Source: an uncultured Acidobacteriota bacterium
Lineage (GTDB): Bacteria > Acidobacteriota > UBA6911
Assembly (NCBI GenBank): GCA_963827655.1
Contig: CAWHCF010000008.1
Location: forward strand, 32,001-96,000
DNA length: 64,000 bases
Direction: 5' to 3'
Shown here: positions 20,870 to 31,272 of the stretch, one piece after another
Position numbering within the stretch: position 1 is the stretch's first letter
Layout: the number at the start of each line of letters is the position of its first letter
Made by a program: the position numbers and the translations under genes
Notes under the pieces: generated by a model
The model's input: the letters and a program-made list of their open reading frames with translations, nothing else
The model's database searches: none
What the model was told of the DNA's origin: nothing

Positions 20870-23687
20870 ATGCATAAGCCTAGAAATTCAAAGCGAGCTC
20901 TTGTAATCCTCATCGCGGTCATCGCCGCCGGACTCACTGCCACGGGCGAGGCGAACCTGGCGCAGGAGCGGCCACTTCCCCAGATGCCGGAAGATGAGCG
21001 CAGAAAGCTGCTCGAAACAATCCGAGACCAGGCGCAGAAGGCGCAAGAGGCGCAAAAGGCTCAACGGGATGCCTTGCAGAAAGCCGCGCCCGGGGCTCAG
21101 CCGGTTCCGGGGGCTCAACCGGTTCCGGGCGCGCCCGTGGTCGTGACGACTACGGCTCCTCCACCTCCGCTGGTCAAGCGCGCACCCCTCGCCGCCAACC
21201 AGGTCCAACTCAGTTACGACAACGCCGATCTCTATGAGTTCATCAATCAGATTGCGGACGCTCTCGGGATTACCCCCATCGTTCTCGATCCTCAAATCAA
21301 GGGCTCGGTAACCATCCACAGCTCGGCGCCCATGTCGCGCGACGACATCTTTCCCTTGTTCAATATGATTCTCAAAAACAACAACGCCGCGCTGGTGAAG
21401 CAGGGAAATATTTATCAGATCGTTCCGATTTCCGACGCGCTCAAGAGGGGTCTGGAAACCATCGAGCACCTGCCGCCAGAGCCGGCCGAGCAGCCCAAAG
21501 AAGAACCGCCGGTTGCCGCCAAGCCAGACGCGGCCTCCGGCAGCGCCGCTTCTGCCACCCAAGCCCCCGCGCAGCCTGCAGCTCCTCCGCCTCAAGCTCC
21601 GGCGCAGCCTGCAGCCCCTCCGCCTCAAGCTCCGGCGCAGCCTGCCCCGCAACCTCAAGCTCCGGCGCAGCCTGCCCCGCAGCCTGCTACCCCACCGGGC
21701 CCGGGCGCGCCCGGGCCACAAACAGCGCCTCCCGCCGGCCAACCCCAGGCTGCGACTCCTTCGAGCCAGCAGAGCAGGGCTCCGCGACTGGCCACTCATG
21801 TGATTCGTCCGGAATTTGTCCCGGTGAGAGACTTGATCGACCCCATGAAGCTTTTCATGACCGATGGGGGCGTGGTTATGCCCTACGATCGTCTCAATAT
21901 GCTGATTCTGACCGACTATTCGGACAGCGTGCAAAAAATCATCGATCTTGTGCGTATGCTGGATAACAGCTATTTGAATGCCGACCTGATCGAACTTATC
22001 AACATCAAATACAATGCCTCGGCCGACGTCGCCGACGATTTGAAAAAGATCTTCGGGTCAGGGAGCAAGGATTCAACTACCGGCATCTCCTTTCTCTCGC
22101 TCGATCGACTGAATTCGATCCTGGTAATGGCGAGTTCAAAGCGAGCTCTCGGCGAGGTCAAGCGCTGGATCGAAAAGCTCGACGCCACGACCGGCCGGTC
22201 AATTCAGACCTTCATCTACATGGTTGAAAACTCTACGGCCGCCAATATCGCCGCCATTCTTGGAGCGCTTTACGGAGGGGAGGGCGGCGGCGGCGGCGGC
22301 TCCGGACAATCCGGACAGCAAGGAGCGCCTGGTGGTGGTCCCTTCGGACAAGCTGCTCCCTTTGGATCTGGTCGCGGAGGAGTACAGGGCGGTGACTCAG
22401 GGAGGCGCCCAGGGTGCGGCGACGCCCTTTGGTGGTGGCGGTGGCGGTGGGGGCGGCATTCGGGGGAGGGGCCAATCCATATGGGGGAGGCATGGGAGGC
22501 GGGGGTGGAGGGATGTACGGCGGCGGCGGCGGGGTTCGGCGGGCAGGGCCAGTTCGGCGGTTATGGGGGTGGTGGCGGAGGGGCTTTTGGTACCGGGCAG
22601 CAGCTGGGTCCCCGTCTGAATCCGTGCGCGGGAACGACTGCGCAGGTTTTTCGGGGAGGCGCTATTACCGGCCTGCAAGATACCGTGCGCGTCGTGGTCG
22701 ACGAGATCAACAATTCGCTGATCATCCAGTCCAGCGCCGCCGACTATGCCTATATCCTGGAAGTCATCAAGAAACTGGATGTGCTCCCGCGCCAGGTGAT
22801 TATTGACGCCCGCATCTTCGAAATAGACCTGACGGATGCCTTCACCTTCGGTGTTGCGGCTACTCTTCAAGCGCGGGGAGCCGGTCCCCATCTGACAACA
22901 GGAAGTATCAATGGGACGAGCGGCCTCGTGGCCAACACTTTCGCCTTCATCGGGAATTCGCGTGAGCTTCTCCTGGCGCTGGATACGCTTCGACAGAAGA
23001 CCAAGGTAAAGATTCTGGAAGCTCCTGCCGTCCTTGCCTTGGATGGTACGCAGGCGAGCATCGTGGTCGGTGGGGAGGTGCCGTATCCAACCGGCTCATA
23101 CATCCCGGGCGTTTCGGGTGGAACCGTCACCAACGTTCAGTATCGGGAAACGGGTGTCACCCTCCTTGTCGTTCCCCGTATTTCGGGTTCCGGAACCGTT
23201 ACACTTGCCATAGCGCAGGAAGTAAGCGCGCCTGGCGCCCCCACCCTGCAGGGTCCTACTTTCAATAAGAGCAGCGTATCAACCACGCTGGCCGTCAAGG
23301 ATGGTGAAACCGTAGCGATTGCGGGGCTGATTCGGGACTCCAACAATTCCGTCGCGCAGCGGCGTGCCCCTGCTTTCTGATATTCCCGTGGTCGGCGCTC
23401 TTTTTGGACGGACAAACAGAAGCGCAAACCGGACAGAACTTCTGATTTTGATTACGCCTCACGTGATCAAGACTCCGGAGCGATTCCAGGAGCTGAGCCA
23501 GGAGCTGAAGGATTCGTTGCGGAATGTGCGCAAATTTGTTGACGATTTTCAGGACGATCATCTCAAGGATATGGAGGACGCGCAGAAGGATAGAATAAAG
23601 AGGGAAGAGAAGATGCAGAAGAAATCGGAGAACCCAGAACGCCCGGAGCCCGCCGAAACCGGAAGCGGCCGTGAGAAGACGCGATGA
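20870..23687 (+). CDS. gspD: Type II secretion secretin GspD (indels in the Gly-rich 22400-22530 tract and near 23355)
   Basis: N0/N1-3 domains, LDVLPRQVIIDARI, VGGEVP, VKDGETVAIAGLI, then PLLSDIPVVGALF...RTELLILITPH in ORF 23364-23687. Confidence 0.93.
21566..21690 (+). repeat. Coding tandem repeat (PAQPAAPPPQA / PAQPAPQPQA) inside gspD
   Basis: Four imperfect 27-33 nt units of gcgcagcctgc...cctcaagctccg. Confidence 0.8.
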
Positions 23688-23709
23688 TTGAGGTGCTCTG
23701 TGATGCCGG

Positions 23710-25277
23710 CTACCGGCGAGGGATGCCCAGTCCAACGTCCAGACCGCCGGCGCTGTCCAGGTCTCCGACGATGACGTAGACGTCGGCTCCTGCGGCAACG
23801 TTGAGCACGTTCACGAGGCGGCCCATACGATCGTCGAAGTTCAGAGCCAGGCTGGCATTGAGAAGAACTGCATTGACCCGTGAGGGCCGCGCGCTCGCGC
23901 GAGCTAACTCGGTATTGAGAGCCGCCGCGTATTCGATTCTCTTCCCCGGGATCTCGCCGGCCGGTTCAGCTAAAATCGAGAAGGACGGTTGCGTAGTTGG
24001 CAAAGTTCATGGCGAGTAATTCTGTATTACCGGTCCCTGACGTGTCTGCGGCGGCGATGTAGTCACGATAGACGTCCGAGGCGAAAGTTCTGAAGTGCCG
24101 GTACGACTGATTTGCATCGGCATAGATCACGGTCAAAAGCCCCGTGCCCAGGTGAGAAAATGCCAGATCCACAAATCCGTCCCGGTTGAAATCAGCCCGC
24201 AGCCAGCGAGAGCGGCGCTCCTCCCGCTTCGATGCGTATTCCTTCCTGGAAATCTCCATCCGGATTCTGATAAAAAAATCTCAATAGCCTTTGTTGCGGA
24301 ACGTGAACCACCAGGTCGGCGTAAGAGTCGCCGTTGAAATCTGCAACCGCCATTGCCAGCGGAAACTCCGCCGCGTCGGTCATCGGGAAGACGCGAAAGT
24401 CTTGTCAGTCCGAACTCCGCCGATTCGAAAGTTCCCTCTCGCGGTTGGCTGGCCGCGACCGAGCGAAATACGTTGCCCTCGCCTACCCTCAGAATCAAGT
24501 ACGGGCGATTGGTCGTTACCCCGGCCGCGATAGTATCGGCTGGTGAGGATGCCAGAGGATTCACCCCGGATTCAGGCGGCCGGCGTGGTTTTTTCCGGGG
24601 GTGAAGCTTTTTGCTCGACACGGTTTCTCCGCGCTCTCGACCGGCGCATTTTCCTTGAGAGCTTCCAAAGCCCGCGTGAAGGGATTTTCGTCACCAGCTT
24701 CGGCGCCGGATTCATTCCCCCTATCGGACATGGCCGAAGCGAGAACTTCCGAAAAGAACCCGTCGAATGATCCGCCAAGGCTGTTTCTGAGTCCGCGGCG
24801 TATTTCGCTGGTGGAAAGTACCAGGGTTCGCGTCCTGAGGGATGGTAATCCCAAGGTGTGGACCATTCCACTCCGGGCCCTTGTCACCAGAATTCCCTCG
24901 CGAACGCCCGAGAGGTGAGCCAGCACAAACGGGTCCCCCTTCGCAGCGATCATTTCGGGCTCAAGAGGACCCTCTCGATACTCCTGGGTCGTTCCGGAGT
25001 CAGAATCACCGAAGCGAGGGTTCGCAACTGGCTTCAAAGATTTGGCGAGATTCAAAGCCTTGGATTCTAATGCCGCTCGCGTCTGAGGGAAGGAGTGTGA
25101 TACGTCACGGCAGACGTGGAGTCGTGAAACCGGGCCTACATACGAGGAAGTCAGTTGCCAGCAAAAAAGCCCTACGAGGGGAACAAAAAGAAGACAGAAA
25201 GCTGGGGTGGCCAAGCGGGAACCGCGCGCTCGGCGTTTACACGCAGGCCGATTCTGTGAGCCTTGAGGGGTCGCCAT
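23710..25277 (-). CDS. Membrane-anchored or exported FG-GAP (VCBS) repeat protein, several frameshifts
   Basis: Fragments contain VADFNGDSYADL, ADFNRDGFVDL, ADTSGTGNTEL and VGDLDSAGGLDV; N-terminal hydrophobic segment in ORF 24561-25277. Confidence 0.7.
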
Positions 25278-25436
25278 TCACCTCGACTCCGCGTCTAGGT
25301 AAATCAGCGTAGCCGGTCGACTTCCTGCACCCTCGTGACGAGTCACTTGTACACCCCTTGGCATCAGGCAAGTGTATAAACGACTTCACCCGTACTGTAA
25401 AGTATTTTCTATTGATTTTCAGTAATTTAGCTTGGC

Positions 25437-25916
25437 TTAGCGGGTTTCCAGCTCGATCGCGCGCTTCCAGCTTTCGATCGCTCTATCCTCATCTCCAGAA
25501 GCCAGGAACAGGCGGGCTTTAGCCTTCAAGACTCGCGCCTGGTTTGCCGGTTGCTCGACCGACTTCAGCGTATCGTCGAGCAAAGCCTGGGCGCTCTCGA
25601 ACCTGCGCATTTCGCCCAGCTTATCTGAGACGTAGGCGATGCTCTGCACGACCAGATGCTCGTAGTCGACCGGGAACGCCAGTTGAAGGACCTTGCGGAT
25701 TTCTGCCACGGCTTTGTCCGGGTCTCCCCTCTTGATATAGAGCTTTGCCAGCTCGTGATAGTCGGACGCAAGCCGGAGGTTCCGCTCGAGCTGGGGTTCG
25801 AGAGTTCTTTGCGGGACGGCGGACTCTCTGGATTGAGAAGACACAATCGGGGGGATCGACAAAGCCACCATCAGTCCAGTTACCAGCGTGGCATGTCTTG
25901 GGCGACCAGATGTCAT
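25437..25916 (-). CDS. Exported TPR-repeat protein
   Basis: Signal-like N-terminus; YHELAKLYIKRGDPDKAV and KARLFLASGDEDRAIESWKRAI. Confidence 0.8.
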   Translation of the reverse strand: MTSGRPRHATLVTGLMVALSIPPIVSSQSRESAVPQRTLEPQLERNLRLASDYHELAKLYIKRGDPDKAVAEIRKVLQLAFPVDYEHLVVQSIAYVSDKLGEMRRFESAQALLDDTLKSVEQPANQARVLKAKARLFLASGDEDRAIESWKRAIELETR

Positions 25917-25934
25917 ATCTTCAGCTTCCTTCCG

Positions 25935-26465
25935 TCAGAGGCCGCGGCCTCCGGGTCTAATTCCGAACAGCCTCTCTCTAGCGCGAGAGGAAAGGAATTT
26001 TTCAAACGGATTCTCCTCCGTTACCTCTTCCACCAGGCGCTGAAAAGGGTTTTCGACCTTCCACTCGGGCTTCGAATCTCCGATCATCGAGAGGATGCGC
26101 GAATCGGCCCGGTATTTCGCAAACCTGACTCCCGTCAACGTCAGGACCAAAACCAGTCCAACCGCCGCGACTCCCCTCCAGACCATGGAGCGCGGTCAAG
26201 CCAGCGCGGCGATCCATTCTCGCCATCCCTGCCGTCCGGGAGGCGTCTTGATTCGGCTCGCGATTCGCTGCCACAGGAAGGGAGGGACTTCGATGTCGAG
26301 TTCAGGTGATCTGAAAGCAGCCTCGATCCCGCGCCAGATTTCGAGCTCTTCGCGGCATTTTGCGCACCCTTCGAGGTGCGCACGAATCTCCTCGTAACGG
26401 CTATCGGAGAAGTCGCGATCGAGGTAACAATTGAAATCTTCCGGGTGTCTCAGATTGAAGCTCAT
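25935..26465 (-). CDS. Zinc-binding anti-sigma factor with TM (frameshift near 26195)
   Basis: HLEGCAKC motif; ATGA overlap with the ECF gene; TM in ORF 25935-26186. Confidence 0.78.
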
Positions 26466-27061
26466 CGTCTGACTTCCAGGTACTGCCCGAGCGCTTTTCT
26501 TGCCTGGCTGCGCGCGCGAAAAATGTCTGTCTTGACGGATAGAAGAGACCGCCCCACGATCTCGGAAATCCGCGCATAACTCATCTGGTGAATCACTGCC
26601 AGAACGAAAACCTCGCGAAGTTTTGGAGGGAGTGACAGAAGAACTCGTCGAATGTTCATTCCCAGTTCGTTCTGAAGCATGCTCTCCTGAGGGGTCGGCC
26701 GCTCGTCAACCAGCCGGCGAGACTCGAATACCGGCGAACCATCCGTTGGGTCGATTATTTGATTTTTGCCCCGTCTCCGCCGAAAAGCCTGGTAGACCTC
26801 GTTGCGCGCTATTCGGTAAAGCCAGGGCTCGAATCGCCCATCGTCCTGCAGGCTTTTCAGTTCGTGAAAGGCATTCAAGAAAACGTTCTGGGTCAGGTCC
26901 TCGGCATCCTCTCGGTTATCGACCATGCGATATATGAAATTCAGGATCCGGCGCGCATATTCCTCGTGAATCGCGTGGAACGCCTCAAGGTCACCAGCGC
27001 GGGCTTTTCGAATGATTTCGGCCTGTGTGGTCGTCAACGACTTCTCGAAAGGGTGAAGCAT
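26462..27061 (-). CDS. ECF RNA polymerase sigma factor
   Basis: DAEDLTQNVF, FEPWLYRIARN and MSYARISEIVG...VKTDIFRAR. Confidence 0.93.
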   Translation of the reverse strand: MLHPFEKSLTTTQAEIIRKARAGDLEAFHAIHEEYARRILNFIYRMVDNREDAEDLTQNVFLNAFHELKSLQDDGRFEPWLYRIARNEVYQAFRRRRGKNQIIDPTDGSPVFESRRLVDERPTPQESMLQNELGMNIRRVLLSLPPKLREVFVLAVIHQMSYARISEIVGRSLLSVKTDIFRARSQARKALGQYLEVRR

Positions 27062-27083
27062 TCCGCGCAGAACTGACCTACCA

Positions 27084-27110
27084 AGATGACCTGCGCCAAA
27101 AAAAGTTGCA
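27084..27110 (-). promoter_or_regulatory. Putative ECF-type autoregulatory promoter
   Basis: Minus strand TGCAAC-N16-CATCT, about 25 nt before the ECF start codon. Confidence 0.5.
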
Positions 27111-27197
27111 AGAAAATCCGTTCTACTAAGAGCTTCGTATCGTAACGGGTGCATGGAGAAAAATCTACCGCAAGGTGGCGAAGAAGCCAAGCAATCT

Positions 27198-27223
27198 GGA
27201 ACCTTGCCGAGGGGTAAAGCGTC
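27198..27223 (+). promoter_or_regulatory. Putative ECF-type promoter for the DUF1573 gene
   Basis: GGAACC-N16-CGTC matches the generic ECF AAC/CGT consensus. Confidence 0.55.
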
Positions 27224-27278
27224 CTGTATATTCTCCAATTGATCGAATTCGTCGCTGCCCATTTCGAGGACGCTGCTG

Positions 27279-28442
27279 ATGGATAACAAAACTTGCCGCC
27301 TCACGAGGACGCTTCTAAGCGCCGCTTTTGTCCTGTTGTGGTCAGACTCTATTATCGGCGGCGCGGCGGGAGCTGTCCAGGAGCCGTCGCAGACCGAGGC
27401 TGAGGCCCGTCTCCGCGAGCGGGTGTCGGAGTACTGGACGGCGATGGAAAAGGCCGACTACGAAGCCGCCGTGCCGTTCTTGCACCCTGATTCCCGCAAT
27501 CAATTCAGGAACAAGATCCCCAAGAGTCGAGTGTTGAAGTGGAAAATCCAAAAGCTTGCCTTCAACGAAGATCGCACTGTCTGTGACACCGTAACACTGG
27601 TTACCAAGCCCGTTCCTGTTTTAGGCGAGACTATCGACTTTCCTCTGCACAACCGGTGGGAGCTCGTCAACGGGGAATGGTACTTCAGGATTCCCTGGGG
27701 AGAGTCGGACAATCCTCTGCTCAAAGTATTCCAGGACCAACGATCCGTTGCGGAGCAACTGCCTGTCGGTCGATCTACTTCTGCCCAGGTCGACGAGGCG
27801 GCGGGCCGGGCGATGAAGGAAGAGCGCCAGCGGATCGTGCCGGATTCAGCTAATCCACCGTCGGTTTTCTCCGGCCGGAAAGCCGTTTTCCGATTTCTCT
27901 ATCCCAATGCGGGTACGAACCCGATCCAGATCGTCTCGGTTCATGCCGATTGTCACTGCACGGGCGCCAAGAAAGATTATCCCGAAATAGCTCCCGGCGA
28001 GGTTGGAATCCTGGAAGTTACGCTCGACACCTTTGGTCTTCCGCTGGGACGCCTGCATAAAGAGATCACGGTCCAGTTCAGTCATCTTCCGGATCCTCTG
28101 GTCGTGAACCTGGCCGTCGATAATCTCCCGAATTTCAATCTTACGCCGGCCGCGGCCGATTTCGGTACCGTCCGGCCCGGTAGCGCAGCGCAGAAGGAGA
28201 TTCGAATAGTCAACAACAGCGGGCAACCCGTGCGAATCCTTTCAAACTTCAACTCCGATCCTAAACTCAGTTTTACCTTGGATCGGAACAAGCTCGGAAG
28301 CGGTGAAACTCTGGTCATCAATCTCAGCTATAACTCCGACGCCGGGGGGGAATTCCTCGACAATCTCCTCCTCAAGACCGACCTGGAAGCCGAACCGCTC
28401 ATCACGATTCCGGTTCGCGGCAGAATCGACTTGCCGAAATAA
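27279..28442 (+). CDS. Exported protein with NTF2-like N-domain and DUF1573/Ig-like domains
   Basis: Signal peptide; NAGTNPIQIVSVHADCHCTG...IAPGEVGIL...DT resembles DUF1573; a second Ig-like domain begins DFGTV. Confidence 0.72.
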   Translation: MDNKTCRLTRTLLSAAFVLLWSDSIIGGAAGAVQEPSQTEAEARLRERVSEYWTAMEKADYEAAVPFLHPDSRNQFRNKIPKSRVLKWKIQKLAFNEDRTVCDTVTLVTKPVPVLGETIDFPLHNRWELVNGEWYFRIPWGESDNPLLKVFQDQRSVAEQLPVGRSTSAQVDEAAGRAMKEERQRIVPDSANPPSVFSGRKAVFRFLYPNAGTNPIQIVSVHADCHCTGAKKDYPEIAPGEVGILEVTLDTFGLPLGRLHKEITVQFSHLPDPLVVNLAVDNLPNFNLTPAAADFGTVRPGSAAQKEIRIVNNSGQPVRILSNFNSDPKLSFTLDRNKLGSGETLVINLSYNSDAGGEFLDNLLLKTDLEAEPLITIPVRGRIDLPK

Positions 28443-28594
28443 AAGCCTTTTACGCCTGGGCACCCTTGCGCTGGCCAACTCCATTGAAGTCGGCCTCTGA
28501 TCTTCGCCCACGCCTCCGACGCCCTTCCTTGAGAGGCGAGGCGAAATCCGTTTTGCGCCAACTTCGTTTTTTTTTGAATCCCGAAAATTTAGTG

Positions 28595-28624
28595 TTGACA
28601 TCCAGTCCTGCCTGCTGGTAGGTT
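28595..28624 (+). promoter_or_regulatory. sigma70-type promoter, copy A
   Basis: TTGACA-N18-TAGGTT with TG extension; conserved in copy B. Confidence 0.6.
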
Positions 28625-28854
28625 CGGGCTGCCGATTTGGGACGTAAACAAAACTTTAACGGGACCTTGACCTTAATGAAGCCTTCCTGAGGGTCGCGTT
28701 AGGTTTACTCTATAGCACAGCGTATTGCTCGAATTGGATGGGGTCGTCCTTCGGCGCCCGTCCTCCGTTGTTCAACCAATTCTTGTTGAATTCTGACGGA
28801 CCAGGATGTCTGCCAGAAGTTATCAATTTTTCACCATTACCACGGAGAAAGCGT

Positions 28855-30704
28855 ATGACCTTCGTCAAAGCTAGCAGACTACCTGTGTTCGCAGGGCTGT
28901 TGTGCCTGTTGCTCATGGGCTTCGCTGGTGCTTCCTACGGTGCGGTTCGATTCGACGTGGTCGGGTCGCCCACGGAGGTGATTAACACGGGCCGCTCGGA
29001 GGTGGTCGGTTCGATCAATTTGATCGTGCGCGGAACCGGGAACCTGACCGGGACCTCGACGGCGGGTTGTAACCAGATCGGGATTATTTATACCAATCCC
29101 GCGATGCAGATTGACAATACCCGGACGACGGGGATCCGGCTTTTCTTCAGTTCCGGGTTTGCCTCGGCCTTCACGGTGGGGGCGACGACGCCTTGCCCGA
29201 CGGTGGGGGTTGTCGACGTAAGAAACCAGGACATTAACGGGCGATGCTCGGGCTTCATCACGATCAACATGGCGCCCGGTGCTGCGCCGGCAGAAGGCGA
29301 CTTTATCCGGCTTGACGGGGTTCGCGGCAGGGTGGACGCCAGCCTGGCGATCACGCCTGGAACCGATCTCTTCGCCGACCTGCAGTCGATCAACGATCCG
29401 GCGGCGGCTCTCTTTACACCGGACCGTGTTCGCGTGGCGAAGTCACTCGACGGAATGAATGTCGAAATCAGGTTAGACACGGTTCTGTTGTGCTTCGGGA
29501 CCCTTGGTGTGGCCGGGGGAGGGGCGCCGGGTTACCAGGTTCGGATAACCGAGGGATTTGCCCGGGCCTTTGTCGACAGCGACGCCAATAATGACGGAGC
29601 GCTCTTGAATGATCGTGTGGATAGCGGCAGTGAGGCGGGCATCTTCACGATGAACGCGGGCAATACGGCCGCCGGTCGCCAATCCTGGAGCGATTGCTCT
29701 GGGTTCGCCTACGAACTCTACGCAGTTCCTGGTCTGGCTCGAGGGTATACCGACGAGCGTGTCGGGGGTAATCTGGCCTACGGCGGTGGGTGCGCTGCCT
29801 GCGTCGAGTGACTCCGAATGCGCAGCTGGTATTCCAGAGCAGCGGCTTCACGGCTTCGGCGGGAATCGCATTCGCGTATTACTCGTATGAAGCCATCAAT
29901 CAGACCGGAGTCAGTGATATCAATCTGGAGGCATTCACCTTCGGGGCGAATGTGCCGGCGAGTTCGTCGATGGCGTCGTTGTACTACACGCCCATAATCG
30001 TCGTGGTGAGGCCCAATCAGAATGTGAGCGGTAGTATTCTGGGTGCAGTCTCGCTGGCGCCGGATGTCTCGGAGGCGAGCGGCTGCGGCCAGCCGGGAAC
30101 CTCACTACCTGCCAATGCGCGTCCGCGATTCCTGCAGATGTACGAATCCGATTCGATAGCGACGAACAATCCGCCATCGGATCCGCATCGCGCCTTTGCG
30201 AGCGCGGTTCGTTGCAACTGCTACCTGCTGTTCACCTATGTGACGGCGACGTCCACATTCAATACAGGCATCGTGGTGGCCAATACGACCGGAGACACGG
30301 AGGTATTCGGCATCAACGACGCACCGGACCAGTTAGGCAACATAACGTTCTACTTCTATGATCGGGCAGCGGGTTTTGTCGGTTCTACGGTGACGACTGC
30401 AGCGATCAATATGGGTAGAAGCTACGTTGACCTGATCTCGGGCATACTGCCCACAGGTGTAACCAGCTTCAGCGGCTACATCATAGCCAAGGCAGAGTTC
30501 CAGTTCTGCCACGGATTTGCGTTCATAGCAGATTCGGCGTTCGGCTCCATAGCCCACGGGTACCTGGCTAACGTGATTCCCGATCCAGCCATCAAGGGAG
30601 AGTTCGTCACGGTGGGTACGGCTTCGCTTAGGAGGAGAACGGCGGCGGATGCCGGCGACAATGGAAGCCCGCTCACGCCAGCGGGTGAAGGGTTGAACAA
30701 CTAG
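28855..30704 (+). CDS. Secreted ~615 aa protein of unknown function, putative S-layer or major surface protein, copy A (indels near 29671 and 29790)
   Basis: SD GGAG; signal peptide MTFVKASRLPVFAGLLCLLLMGFAGASYG|A; rich in Thr/Gly/Ala/Asn; C-domain LLFTYVT...FNTGIVVANT...GYIIA...FQFCHGFAF...GYLA...GEGLNN. Alignment with copy B restores one ORF. Confidence 0.8.
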
Positions 30705-30727
30705 TACAACCCGGTTTCATCAGGCTT

Positions 30728-30765
30728 GGGGTAGTCTCGCGTCTGCGGGACTACCCCATTTTTTT
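30728..30765 (+). terminator. Intrinsic terminator, copy A
   Basis: ggggtagtctcgc-gtct-gcgggactacccc followed by a T-tract. Confidence 0.9.
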
Positions 30766-31011
30766 CGCTTCGGGCTAACCACGAAGACTCGAAGACACCA
30801 ATAAACGCCGGATCATTTTAGCGGTGACGCTGGAATTCGCCCCTTGAGCGGCGCCTTCGCGATCAGATTCGGGCGGATCTCGCTCGGATTCCCTTGACGG
30901 GTCTAAGTTTTTTAGCAACTTTTCGTCCATTTCTGCATCTGTGACGGCTGTGTTGCGCGTCTTCTGTGAAGGCTGCGTTAACTCGGTCTTCTTCGATCCC
31001 GAAATTCAGTG

Positions 31012-31040
31012 TTGACATCCAGTCCTACCGTTGGTAGGTT
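31012..31040 (+). promoter_or_regulatory. sigma70-type promoter, copy B
   Basis: TTGACA-N17-TAGGTT. Confidence 0.62.
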
Positions 31041-31272
31041 CCGGCTGCCGATTTGGGACGTAAATGAAACTTTGATGCGACTTTGAGGCAGTCAAGCTCC
31101 ATGTCACCTCGGGGTTTCAACGGACTTTGTAGCACAGCGTAATGCTCGACTTGGATGGGGTCGTCCTTTGGCGCCCGTCTTCCGTTGTTTAACCAAGCTC
31201 TTGTTGAATTCTGACGGACCAGGATGTCTGCCAGAAGTTATCAATTCCTCACAATTACTACGGAGAAAGCGT

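Larger units (their letters stand above)
28578..30772 (+). repeat. Tandem duplication copy A (promoter, leader, CDS and terminator)
   Basis: Aligns with 30996-33191 at an offset of about 2418 nt. Confidence 0.95.

Noticed and set aside
11229-23687. Type IV pilus cluster
   Set aside because: A GspG-type major pseudopilin, GspK and a GspD-type secretin, with no PilT, point to a T2SS. The prepilin peptidase is presumably encoded elsewhere.
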